Shown here: in pieces, positions 32,063 to 41,999 of the stretch
Numbering within the stretch: the first letter of the stretch is position 1
How the letters are laid out: every line of letters starts with the position of its first letter
NCBI GenBank assembly: GCA_026936335.1
Contig: JAPMXV010000046.1
Span: 310,001-374,000, forward strand
DNA: 64,000 nucleotides
Direction of reading: 5' to 3'
Origin: Mantamonas sphyraenae STR306
Taxonomy: Eukaryota > Protista > CRuMs
Translations under genes and position numbers: made by a program
Notes under the pieces: model-generated
The model's database searches: none
What the model was told of the DNA's origin: nothing
Seen by the model: only the letters and a program-made list of their open reading frames with translations

Positions 32063-33964
32063 TCACCCTCCCTTCCCCATCCACCCCAACACCCTCTCCA
32101 TCACCTCGTCCGGCACCGTCCACCACTCACAACTCGCCTCATACCCTTCCATCCCCCCACACTCAAACATCACTTCCCTCTCCTCCCCATTCATCACCAA
32201 CGCCACTTCCATCCCCTCGTCCAACACCCCACTCCACCCCATCCAATGCCACTCCCTCCTCCATCCTGCCTCCCTCACAATCTCCACTGTCGTTCCATTC
32301 ACTCTAGCACCCCAGCCTTGCAATGCCTCCACCGCCTCATCATTCCCCTCCTTCACCGCTCTTTCCAATGCCGTCACCCCACCTGCAGCAAACGTGTCCA
32401 CAGGCACACCCCACTCCAACAGCGCCCTCATCTTCTCCACATCCCCACACTCCACAAACTCAACATGTCGCTCCTTGTTCCTCTTCAACAGCGATTGCAG
32501 CGCTTTAGCGTCGACGCCTTCAATCTCCCAGCATGACCGATTGCTTTCCATGGCCTTGGCCAGGGCTGCCGCTCCCTTCTTGTTGATGCTGTTGTCCCAC
32601 AGATCCAGCTTCTGCAAACCCTTGTTCTCAATCAGTGCCTGAGCCACTGCTGCTGCACCTTCACCCACAAGCCTATTGTCGCTGAGGATCAGCGTTTGCA
32701 AGCTGCGGTTCCCACTCAGTGCCTGCGCCAGTGCTGCTGCTCCTTCTGCACCGATGCTGTTGTTGTGGAGGTCCAGTGTCTGCAAACCGCTGTTCCCATT
32801 CAGTTCCTGCGCCAGTGCTGCTGCTCCTTCATCCCCGAGCCTGTTGAGGCTGATGTTCAGTGTCTGCAAACCGCTGTTCTCACTCAGTGCCTGCGCAAGC
32901 GCTGCCGCTCCGATTGCCCCGATGCTGTTGCAGCCGAGGAACAGTGTCTGCAAGCTGCTGTTCCCACTCAGTGCCTGTGCAAGCGCTGCTGCTCCGATTG
33001 CCCCAATGCTGTTGCGGCTGAGGGACAGTGTCTGCAAGCTGCTGTTCCCACTCAGTGTCTGTGCAAGCGCTGCTGCTCCGATTGCCCCAATGCTGTTGCG
33101 GCTGAGGGACAGTGTCTGCAAGCTGCTGTTCCCACTCAGTGTCTGTGCCAGTGCTGCTATTCCTTCGTCCCCGATGCTGTTCCGGCTGAGCTTCAGTGTT
33201 TGCAAAGCCCTGTGCTCACTCAGTGCCTGTGCCAATGCTAATGCTCCTTCCGTCCCGATGTTGTTGTCACACAGGGTCAGTGTGTGCAGGCTGCTGTTCT
33301 CACTCAGTACCCCAGCCAGTGATGCTACTCCTTCATCCCCGATGCAGTTGTTGTCGAGGTGCAGTGTCTGCAAGCTGCTGTTCTTATAGACGGCTTGCGC
33401 AAGTGCAGCTGCTCCTTCTGCACAGATGCTGTTGTTGTCGAGGTTCAGTGTTTGCAAGTTGCTGTTCTCACTCAGTGCCTGCCCCAGTGCTGCTGCTCCT
33501 TCTGCCCCGAGTCTGTTGTTGTACAGGTGCAACTCCAGCAAGCAGCTGTTCTCACTCAAACCCTTTGCCAATGATGTTGCTCCTTCTGCCCCAAGTCTGT
33601 TGTGGCTCAGGTACAGCTCCTGCAAGCTGTTGTTCTCCCTCAGCGCCTGTGCCCATGATGCTGCTCCTTCGTTCCCGAGCCTGTTGAGGCTGAGGTTCAG
33701 TGTGCGCAAGCTGCTGTTCTCACTCAGTGCCTGCCCCAGTGCCGCAGCTCCTTCTGCCCCAAGTCTGTTGTGGCTCAGGTACAGCTCCTGCAAGCTGCTG
33801 TTCTCCCTCAGCGCCTGTGCCAATGATGCTGCTCCTTCTTCCTTGATGTCGTTTGTCGTCAGGTTTAGTGTCTTCAAGCTGCTGTTCTTCCCCAGCGCCT
33901 TGGCCAGTGCTGCCACGTGTTTGTCTCCGAGTTCAGCCGTGCTCACGTCCAATGTCTGCACCAT
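32063..33964 (-). CDS. NLRC3/RI-type LRR array (~17 x 28 aa) + ankyrin + C-terminal F-box-like motif
   Basis: Intronless 633-aa ORF; units SSLQTLxLxxNSIGAEGAAALAQALSEN; ECGDVEKMRALLEWG/TALERAVKEG; tail WWTVPDEVMERVLGWM. Confidence 0.88.
   Translation of the reverse strand: MVQTLDVSTAELGDKHVAALAKALGKNSSLKTLNLTTNDIKEEGAASLAQALRENSSLQELYLSHNRLGAEGAAALGQALSENSSLRTLNLSLNRLGNEGAASWAQALRENNSLQELYLSHNRLGAEGATSLAKGLSENSCLLELHLYNNRLGAEGAAALGQALSENSNLQTLNLDNNSICAEGAAALAQAVYKNSSLQTLHLDNNCIGDEGVASLAGVLSENSSLHTLTLCDNNIGTEGALALAQALSEHRALQTLKLSRNSIGDEGIAALAQTLSGNSSLQTLSLSRNSIGAIGAAALAQTLSGNSSLQTLSLSRNSIGAIGAAALAQALSGNSSLQTLFLGCNSIGAIGAAALAQALSENSGLQTLNISLNRLGDEGAAALAQELNGNSGLQTLDLHNNSIGAEGAAALAQALSGNRSLQTLILSDNRLVGEGAAAVAQALIENKGLQKLDLWDNSINKKGAAALAKAMESNRSCWEIEGVDAKALQSLLKRNKERHVEFVECGDVEKMRALLEWGVPVDTFAAGGVTALERAVKEGNDEAVEALQGWGARVNGTTVEIVREAGWRREWHWMGWSGVLDEGMEVALVMNGEEREVMFECGGMEGYEASCEWWTVPDEVMERVLGWMGKGG
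32540..33950. repeat. 84-bp coding tandem repeat array (LRR units)
   Basis: Recurring ctgcaagctgctgttc..cactcagtgcctg..ccagtgctgctgctccttc every 84 nt; two units near 33000-33170 are almost identical. Confidence 0.9.
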
Positions 33965-34151
33965 CTGTGTCAGCCGTCATCTCCCACGTCCCACACATCC
34001 CAACCACCCATCCTCCAACCCCACCCAACCATCGTCTCCACTGCTGTTCACCCCACCACCAACCCCTTCCCTCCTTCACTCGCCCCTCTACCCAAACCTA
34101 CAACTCCTGCCTCCTCCAGCACCACCTCAATGCCTGCCTCGTCTCCACTCA

Positions 34152-34397
34152 GCAACAATGTCTTCCAGTCCACACTTGTTCCAGTGCTCATCCTCACTCA
34201 ATCAGTCCTGCATTCCGTGTCAGCTCCAACCCAAATTCCTGGCCCACTCTCCACCTCGTTGACACTCCCTCGATCACAAACACAACAAGCACGCTTACAC
34301 AACACAACACCCACTCTCACACCCAACCCTGCAAACCCCTCCTTCAACACCAACCTTGTCTCACTTGCAAGTTCCACTGGTCCGCCCCGTGCACCCG
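34152..34397. repeat. Direct repeat copy B flanking the LRR-ankyrin gene
   Basis: Homologous to 31730-31951, with a short insertion in the middle. Confidence 0.85.
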
Positions 34398-34604
34398 CCA
34401 TGCACATCCTCAACGAGGACGTGTTGAGAACCTTCCATCTGCGCTTGACTGACGTGCAACGGAAGGAAGCACCTTCTGGCTCATTCAGGGAACCAGGCCC
34501 GGCAAACTTGCGCATTCCATGGTCGCAAGGACGATAGTCGACGCATCAAACTCTTGTCTCTGAACTCTTGAACAGGCCAATATCAACGAGCATCAGTGTT
34601 TCTT

Positions 34605-34677
34605 AGCGAGGTGGCGCAGAGGCTAGCGCGCCAGGCTCATAACCTGGAGGTCGCAGGATCGAGACCTGCTCTCGCTA
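34605..34677 (+). tRNA. Initiator tRNA-Met (CAT)
   Basis: Cloverleaf AGCGAGG/TCTCGCT-A; A1:U72; anticodon loop CTCATAA; T-loop GATCGAG (A54, initiator signature); oligo-T Pol III terminator at ~34685. Confidence 0.93.
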
Positions 34678-34759
34678 TCGCTCTTTTTTTTTCCCTTTCT
34701 CCTCACAATTCACACAACCATCCGTTCTCTTCATTCCCCTTCATGCTCCCTGTCCACAG

Positions 34760-36115
34760 TCACAGTTTCCAGAACCACTTGATACGGTACAAGCGCCAGC
34801 AGATGACAATCCAAAAGGTGATCTTGCACAGAACAAACACCAGAGTGCCTGGGTCCTTTCCCATCCACGACTGGAACAGGTAGCGTTCGATGGCGTCCAC
34901 GAGGTTGTTTTCGGGCTTCTCCCACCATACCCAACGCAACATGGCGTTGAGGAGATCGCAGGCAGCCCACACAAACACCAAAATGGCGTTGCAGCCCACG
35001 TACACCATGGGCATAGCCCACATCGACCAGCCACGCTGTTCAATCAGCCAGTAGAACAATGAGAGGTTGAACCCGCTGATGCCGGCCAGCAGAAACGTGT
35101 ACGACAGGCTGTACAGGTTCTTGTTCAGTGGCATGGCGGGCAGAAACGCAAGCCCCAGCGCCACAAGAACCACAGACGTGCTCACGAACCGTTTCTGGCG
35201 CTCTGTGTGCACCGTGTGGTCGCGTAGAACGTGGCCAAAGTGCAGACCCATCAGCACGCTAACGGACGCCGCAAACATGGTTGTCACCAATCCCTCGGGG
35301 TCAAACGGCGTGTGGCACCACGGTGCAGCCTTGTCGGGACTCAGTGCACAGCGGCCCGGTGCACACGAAGAGCAACCAGGAAGCCTCTGGAATGTGGGGA
35401 AGCCATACATGTGGCGCGGGCTGAGAATCTGTGCGTCGACATACCCGGCCGCATTGCACGCGGGCGTCAGGATGCCTCTGCCACAGCCCGGATACGGCAC
35501 GTCCACGCCAAACATGATGCCCACATAAATGGCCAGTAGGACACCAGCCAAGACCCAAAACCACAGGTAGCGAAGGCCAGGTCGTTGCAAGCGCGGGAGG
35601 TACAGCTCGCAGAGCGCAGCGACAAGGTACCCCCACGCAATGCGCTGTAGGATGCCGCACACGCGCACTGTGCTCAGATCAAACATGCTGGGTTGTTCCG
35701 GAAACGCAGAGCCTTGGAACAGCACGCCCAGGGCAAAGAGTTTGAGGGTGCGAAGCAGCACCTTTTTCACCAGCGGCCACGGCACACCTGCACTTCCCTC
35801 CTCCGTGTACTTGCGCACTGCCAGCGGCAAGGCACAGCCCACAATAAACAGAAAGTAAGGCATGACAAAGTCGGCCAGTGTCAGTCCGTTCCACGGCGCG
35901 TGGTTGATGCTCTCGTACGCCCCGCCCGCGTCGTCCACCAGAATCATCACCATCACCGTCAGTCCACGCATGGCGTCCAATGACACCAGCCGCCCGCCTC
36001 CACCCGACTGCTTCTTCTTCTCCTGGCTCTCCATCAGCGGCGTCGTGTCGGTCGCCTCCCCTTTGCGCTGCTGGATGCTCATCTGCTCCTGCTGGGCCAA
36101 CAATTTGGGGTGCAT
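34760..36115 (-). CDS. HGSNAT: Heparan-alpha-glucosaminide N-acetyltransferase-like membrane acetyltransferase
   Basis: RLVSLDAMRGLTVMVMILVD, HAPWNGLTLADFVMPYFLFIVG, GILQRI, CNAAGYVD, FDPEG, PLNKNLYSLSY; no luminal N-terminal domain. Confidence 0.9.
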   Translation of the reverse strand: MHPKLLAQQEQMSIQQRKGEATDTTPLMESQEKKKQSGGGGRLVSLDAMRGLTVMVMILVDDAGGAYESINHAPWNGLTLADFVMPYFLFIVGCALPLAVRKYTEEGSAGVPWPLVKKVLLRTLKLFALGVLFQGSAFPEQPSMFDLSTVRVCGILQRIAWGYLVAALCELYLPRLQRPGLRYLWFWVLAGVLLAIYVGIMFGVDVPYPGCGRGILTPACNAAGYVDAQILSPRHMYGFPTFQRLPGCSSCAPGRCALSPDKAAPWCHTPFDPEGLVTTMFAASVSVLMGLHFGHVLRDHTVHTERQKRFVSTSVVLVALGLAFLPAMPLNKNLYSLSYTFLLAGISGFNLSLFYWLIEQRGWSMWAMPMVYVGCNAILVFVWAACDLLNAMLRWVWWEKPENNLVDAIERYLFQSWMGKDPGTLVFVLCKITFWIVICWRLYRIKWFWKL

Positions 36116-36198
36116 TTGCCGTCGCACTCACACACACACACACACACACATCACATTGCTCAGTCGCTCGCTGCTCCTATCACTCCAATGGAATCTCT

Positions 36199-38052
36199 CT
36201 AGCCCAGGCGTCGGATGACCATGGCACTGGCTCCTCCTCCGCCGTTGCACACCGCAGCCGCACCCAGGTTCTTGCCCTCGTTCTCCAGAGCCGTCAGCAG
36301 CGTCACCACAATGCGTGCGCCACTGCAACCCAGCGGATGTCCCAGCGACACACCACCGCCGTAGATGTTGATCTTGTCTGTGGACAGGCCCAACAGCTTG
36401 GCGTTGGCCACACCCACCACTGCAAACGCCTCGTTCAACTCGTACAGATCCACCTCCTCCTTGCGTACGCCCGCCTGTCGCAGCGCCTTGGGCAGCGCCA
36501 GCGCAGGTGCCACCGTAAAGTACTCGGGCTCCCTCGCCGCATCCGCCCAGGACACCACAATCGCACGCGGTTTGACCCCAAACGCACGCGCCGCACGGCC
36601 ACTCATCACAACCATCGCCGCTGCTCCGTCGCTCAAAGGCGATGCGTTTGCCACTGTCACCGTCCCATCCTTCTGGAACACGGGACGCATCGCACGTGCC
36701 TTTTGCGGGTTGAACTGCACGCACAAAAGTCGTCAGCGGCCTCGTACGACCCCTCCATCCCCTCCACCGTCCCACATCCACACATCCCACTTACTCGCGT
36801 GTACTCTTCATCCTTGTCCACCACTGTGTCGGGCTTGCCGCGTCGTCCCTTGATCGTAATGGGCACGATTTCCTGCGCAAACTTGCCCGCCTCGTGCGCC
36901 GCCTTGGCACGCGCATAGCTCATTTCCGCAAAGTCATCCTGCTGCTCCCTGCTCACATCAAACGTCTTGGCACACAATTCGGCGCAGTCGCCCATCAGCT
37001 GCTTGTTGTACGGATCAAACAACCCGTCCTTCACAATCGCATCCTCGCTCTCCACATGCCCAAACTTTGACCCGAAGCGAGCCTTGGGCAGATAGTATGG
37101 TGCGTTGCTCATCGACTCCATGCCCCCTTTTTTGGTCACACACACACTTCGTGTCAGTCGTCAGGCAACACAACCCGAAGAAGGATGAAGAAGAACTCAC
37201 CCACAACCACCACGTCGGAAGATCCACATCGGATGGATTGCGCCGCCAGTGCCACCGCTGTGTGTGTGTGTGTGTGGTTTGTGTGTGTGTTCCTGGTTGT
37301 CAGCCAAACAGAGTCGCTGTCTCGGCACAGTTCCCGACAAAAAGCTCACCTTTCATGCCGCTGGCGCACACCTTTTTTTGGTTCGCCCATTCCCGTCCGT
37401 TCACAGTGTCAGTGTCATCCTCGCCCGACCATACGATCCATCCCACCGCCACGCACCTTGTTCACGGTCGTGCAAGGCACGCTTGCGTTCAACCCAGCTC
37501 CCAGAGCGGCTTGACGCGCAGGCGCCTGTCCAATGCCCGCTGACAGCACATTGCCAAAGATCACTTCGTCCACACGCGCCGCAGGAATGCCTGCACGCTC
37601 GACCGCAGCTGTGGGTGCCACGCCGGACCATGCGTACACACCCATGCCAGTGTCCATGACGCCCCATGTGTCCTGTGTCAGTCCATGTGGGGGCCACAAA
37701 AACGGGTAACAAAACCGGGAAAAGAGGGCAACTCACCTTTGATGGCCACCGAACCCAGTTGCACCGCCGTAAACCCTGCCAAGCTGCCTCCAAACGACCC
37801 CTGCGCAGTGCGTGCCGTCGACACAATCACCACATCTGTGCATGTGTGTGCATGTGTGGTGAAACCCCCCCCCCACCCCCCCGGTGCATAGTGTCAGCCA
37901 TCCCTATCATTCCCACCCCCCAACCCCCAAGGCCACTCACCGTCGTCTGCAAACGTCGTCTGCACAGACGACGACGACGATGCCACAGGTTCAGGCTCGG
38001 GCAGGCTCATCTCTGGTTGCAAATGACACAGAATTCGGTTGACTCGGTGCAT
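36199..38052 (-). CDS. ACAT1: Acetyl-CoA acetyltransferase (biosynthetic/type II thiolase) with N-terminal PTS2
   Basis: Exons 38052-37941, 37835-37737, 37608-37457, 37371-37350, 37257-37201, 37126-36795, 36714-36199; [46 protein letters not shown]. Confidence 0.92.
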
Positions 38053-38136
38053 GGTGATGATGTGTTTTGTTGGGTTGGGTTGGGTGGCGGAGGCGACGGC
38101 CGAGCCCAAAAAAGGGCAACACCAACGCACGTGGAC

Positions 38137-38574
38137 ATGGCACACAAACGACCCACCATCCGAGACCTGGCCCATGCGCTGTCTTCGGACGAGGACGAGT
38201 CATCGGACGAGGAACAGCGGCCACGGGAAGCAGAGGAGGAAGAGGCAGAGACGCAAACGCAGCTGAGGCATGAACAGCAACAGCAGCAACAGCAGCAGCG
38301 ACGTCATCACCCACCCGGTGTCTCCTCCTCCACCGCCTGGTCTCCATCGTCCAACAGCAGCAGTGGCAGTGGCAGTGGTGCAAACACCACCACCCAGGCA
38401 CAGTCGTTGTCCCGTCCCTTTGCACGCCCGACGTCGGCGTCCTCGTCTCGCAGCAGCAGCAGCAGCAGCCAGAAGCAGCCTCATCCCAAACCACACCACC
38501 AAACCCTGTCGCACACAGGCACCACGAATGCAGCCGTCCCCACATCCTCAGCCTCAGCCTCAGCCTCATCATCA

Positions 38575-38606
<32 letters not shown>

Positions 38607-41600
38607 AGGCACCACCACACCCACCAAGCAGCCGTCCTCGCCGCCTGCGCGACCCCATCTCCTCGGCCGCATCCCACCACAGAAGCCACCGAACGAAACC
38701 GGCTCATGCGCTCCAAGAGACCCCTCAACACGTCCATGAAGTCCACCAAGGAGAATCGCATGTATGGTGGCAAGCTTGCCCTGGTGGACGACTCGGACAT
38801 TGACGACGACGCAGACGCAGAAACGGAGATCCTTTACCGCCGCGACGGCTACGGCGCAACGCCTCCCCACGGCGATGACGATGAGGAGGACGATGACGAC
38901 GACGATGACGCTGACCCACACCATCAGCGCACACATATGCCACAAACACACACTGGCCTCCATCCTCACCCGCAGCCACACCACCCGGGAACGCAAGAGG
39001 AACGTGATCAGGCACGCAGCCCGTCGCCCACTTCTTCCTCCTCCTACGCCTCCCACCCTCCCCCGCGCTCCTCCACCTCATCTGTACGCACCCAATCTCG
39101 CCTCACCCATTCAGGCCCGCAGCACGACCGAGCTCATCATCCCCATGACGACCACCACGACTCCCTTTCTCTGTCCTCCTCCCAGCTCCATTTTGACGAC
39201 GCCGCCCTCACTCGCGAACAGCTTGACGACGACGACAACGACGGCCAGCAATCACCCTCACCTCCTCCTCCCCTCTCTCGCTCCCGCACAAACTCCACCT
39301 ATGTGCACCGTGCGTTCAACAACTCCACACACCCGCCGTCGCCGGGCCCTTTGCAGCGCAGAGCGGCGGTGAAAGCCCAACCGCGACAGCCCTTGCGGCC
39401 CGACGACGTCTCCTACGTGCCGCCGGCCTTCAACAAGGACCAGGCCGTGCGCAAGGGACACACCGCCACCGACCTGGAGTATTGGACCGAGGACCATCTC
39501 AAGCTCCTGTACATCATCAGCAAATACAGCGCGTGTGCGGAAAACGCCCTGCAGCGCGAACGCTGGATCCGCAAACTCCACCTCCTCGTCCTCATCTACG
39601 AGGCCATTGTCGCACGCGTGCTCGACTACGACTACGCACCCAGCATCGACCGCATCTCCTCGCGCAACATCTATCTCAACATTTCCCAGGAGGGACGGGA
39701 CGACATTGACGATCTTCGCGAGGCAGGCCTCATCAACGGCCTCAAGCTCAGTTCCAACCAGGGAGAGCCCGTCACTGCCTTTCAGGTGTCCATGCATGCA
39801 GCCTCCCTCATTGCCAAGATGCCCGCCGAGCTGTGTGATCAGGTCGATGCCTTTCTGTACCAACCCGATAGCACCGGCCAAACACACCACCTTGTGGTCG
39901 TCAAGTGGGATGCACCACACCAGCAATTCCTCCTCGTGGCTGGCGACATGCAACGGGTCTCCAACATCACCGAGTGTGAGGACGTCAGCTACGTCAGCTC
40001 GCCGTACTTGCCACAGTGTTTGCGCATGAGGGGCCATCGAAGACCCACCACCACCAATGCACACAGGGCACACGAGAGTGGCCAGGGACTCACAAACATT
40101 CGGGACGAGCTCACCGAAGTCATCACCCTGGATCGTGTCTCGGTCATCGTCGGCGAGTGGATCCCCTTTGGTGCAAATCTCGTCTCCTCCCTCAACGACA
40201 AGCTCGGCTCCACCGAACGCGTGCAGGGAGGCCTGTTTACAGCCCTCATTGACGAACGCCAGGAGGAACACACGCTGGAGTTGCCTCCTGGCATGACCGC
40301 GGTGGACATCCTCGACTTTGATCTCACCAAATTCCTCAACTTCCAGGCGGAAATCTTCTTTCCCGAGGACGAGGGCATCGTGCAGGTGGAACACTTTGGC
40401 GTGCACATTGCAGAGAATGGCAACGTGTACTACGGCCTCGCCCTGGAGTCCATCATGGATCGCATCGAGGAAAACCTCTCCCTGGACATGCTTGCACGCG
40501 TGCTCACAGACATCCACCAGGACAGCTCAAAGATTATGGACAGTCTGCTCACCTCCCACCAGATGACTCTCCTCGACATCATGTTCAGCGGCGCCCCTGT
40601 GACACGCGCCAAGTTCAACGTCATCATGGCCGAACGCATCCATCCATACTTTCACAACATGGACCTCTACTTCGACAAGGAAGACCACGAGAACGAACTC
40701 AAACAGGTCCTCGGAGACACCCAGAGTGCACACTACGTCGGCAACGACCTCGTCCTCCTCATTGGCTGCCAGGGCATCCTCGTCGCCGGCCCGGGCGTCC
40801 AGCAATACGAAAGCATCCTCCTCGACTACCTCGCCCTCATGGCCAAGGGCCAGTTTGTGCGCAACTTTTTCTATCGCACCATGGTTCTCTACCAGACCCT
40901 CTCCCACATCCGCACCCTCATCAACGACTACCAAAGCAACCCCAACAGCATGGGCCGCATACGCACCATGCTCAGCACCTGTTCCAAGAACGTCACCCTC
41001 CTCAAGGAGACCCTGGAGTACCTTGAGGAAAGCGAAAACCTGCGCACTTCGGCACGCTCCGTCCTCCTTGACGACACCGCCAATCGCCTCCTCGACATCT
41101 TTAACCTCGACACAAAGACCACAGACCTCAAGCGTCGCATCCTTGACCTGAAAAAGAACATGGAGGGTGCCCAGCACGAGCTCTCCAATCTCCGCGACCA
41201 GACAGACGTCATCTCCGAGGCCGAGATGTTCCGTGTCCAGGAGGCCCTCCAAGCAAACACAAAGAATCTCGAGGATGTGTTCCGGTCCAACGAGCGAGCC
41301 AGTTCCTCCCTGGAAATCCTCCAGGTCATCCTTGCCGGCTCACTTGCCTTTGACCTCCTCGATCGCCTCACGGGCGAATGGTCTGTCGTCGACACCCCGT
41401 GGGCCCAAAAGTACATTGTGCAACCCTTCCTCATGACCCCCGGCGTGTGGTTCCTCATCAACATGTGCATGTGGGGCATCATTGTCTTTCTGCTCATCAG
41501 TTTCATGAACCACCTCAGCGAGGCCGCTGCCGGCGTCCTCAGCCTCCGCATACGCGTCAACCACAAAATCGACCCGGTTGCCCTCGGCGCATACCTACGC

Positions 41601-41953
41601 ACCAAACCCCTCGGCGAGGAGGACCTCGATGCCGACGCCGTCGTCGATCAACGCAAAATCTCCTGGACCGAAGACGACGCCACACGGTGGGAAGGCTGCC
41701 CGCCCAAGATCGAACTCCTTGTCGACGAACGCAACGATTACCTTCTCAAGGTGTACCTCCAGATCGACAAGAAGGGCGGCTCCGTCGACTCGTCCCGTCT
41801 CAAACACCTCTTCTTCAAGGAACTGCTCGACAACGGTGTCCTCCTGCCATCCTCCTCTTCCTCCTCCTCCTCCTCCTCCTCCTCTTCTTCTTCTCTTCTT
41901 CCTCCTCATCGTCCACTGGAGAGGTTGGCATGTTTGCTGATCTGGGCAAGTGA
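38137..41953 (+). CDS. Large protein: disordered N-terminus, winged-helix-like domain, CorA/RMD1-like coiled coil + 2 TM; two apparent frameshifts (~38690, ~41893)
   Basis: KLLYIISKY...WIRKLHLLVLIYEAIV..VLDYDYAP...LNISQEGRDDIDDLRE.GLINGLKLS; long helical stalk then LEILQVILAGSLAFDLLDR and WFLINMCMWGIIVF; restoring one base at each site gives MAHKRPT...MFADLGK*. Confidence 0.7.
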
Positions 41954-41999
41954 TCGCAATGCACACACGGGTCACACCAACCTTTTCCCGCCTCACTGC

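Noticed and set aside
32540-33950. Regular repeat array as CRISPR
   Set aside because: Repeats are contiguous 84-nt coding LRR units without unique spacers; no cas genes; eukaryotic context.
31730-34397. LTR retrotransposon
   Set aside because: No TG...CA termini, target-site duplication or gag/pol seen; kept only as direct repeats.
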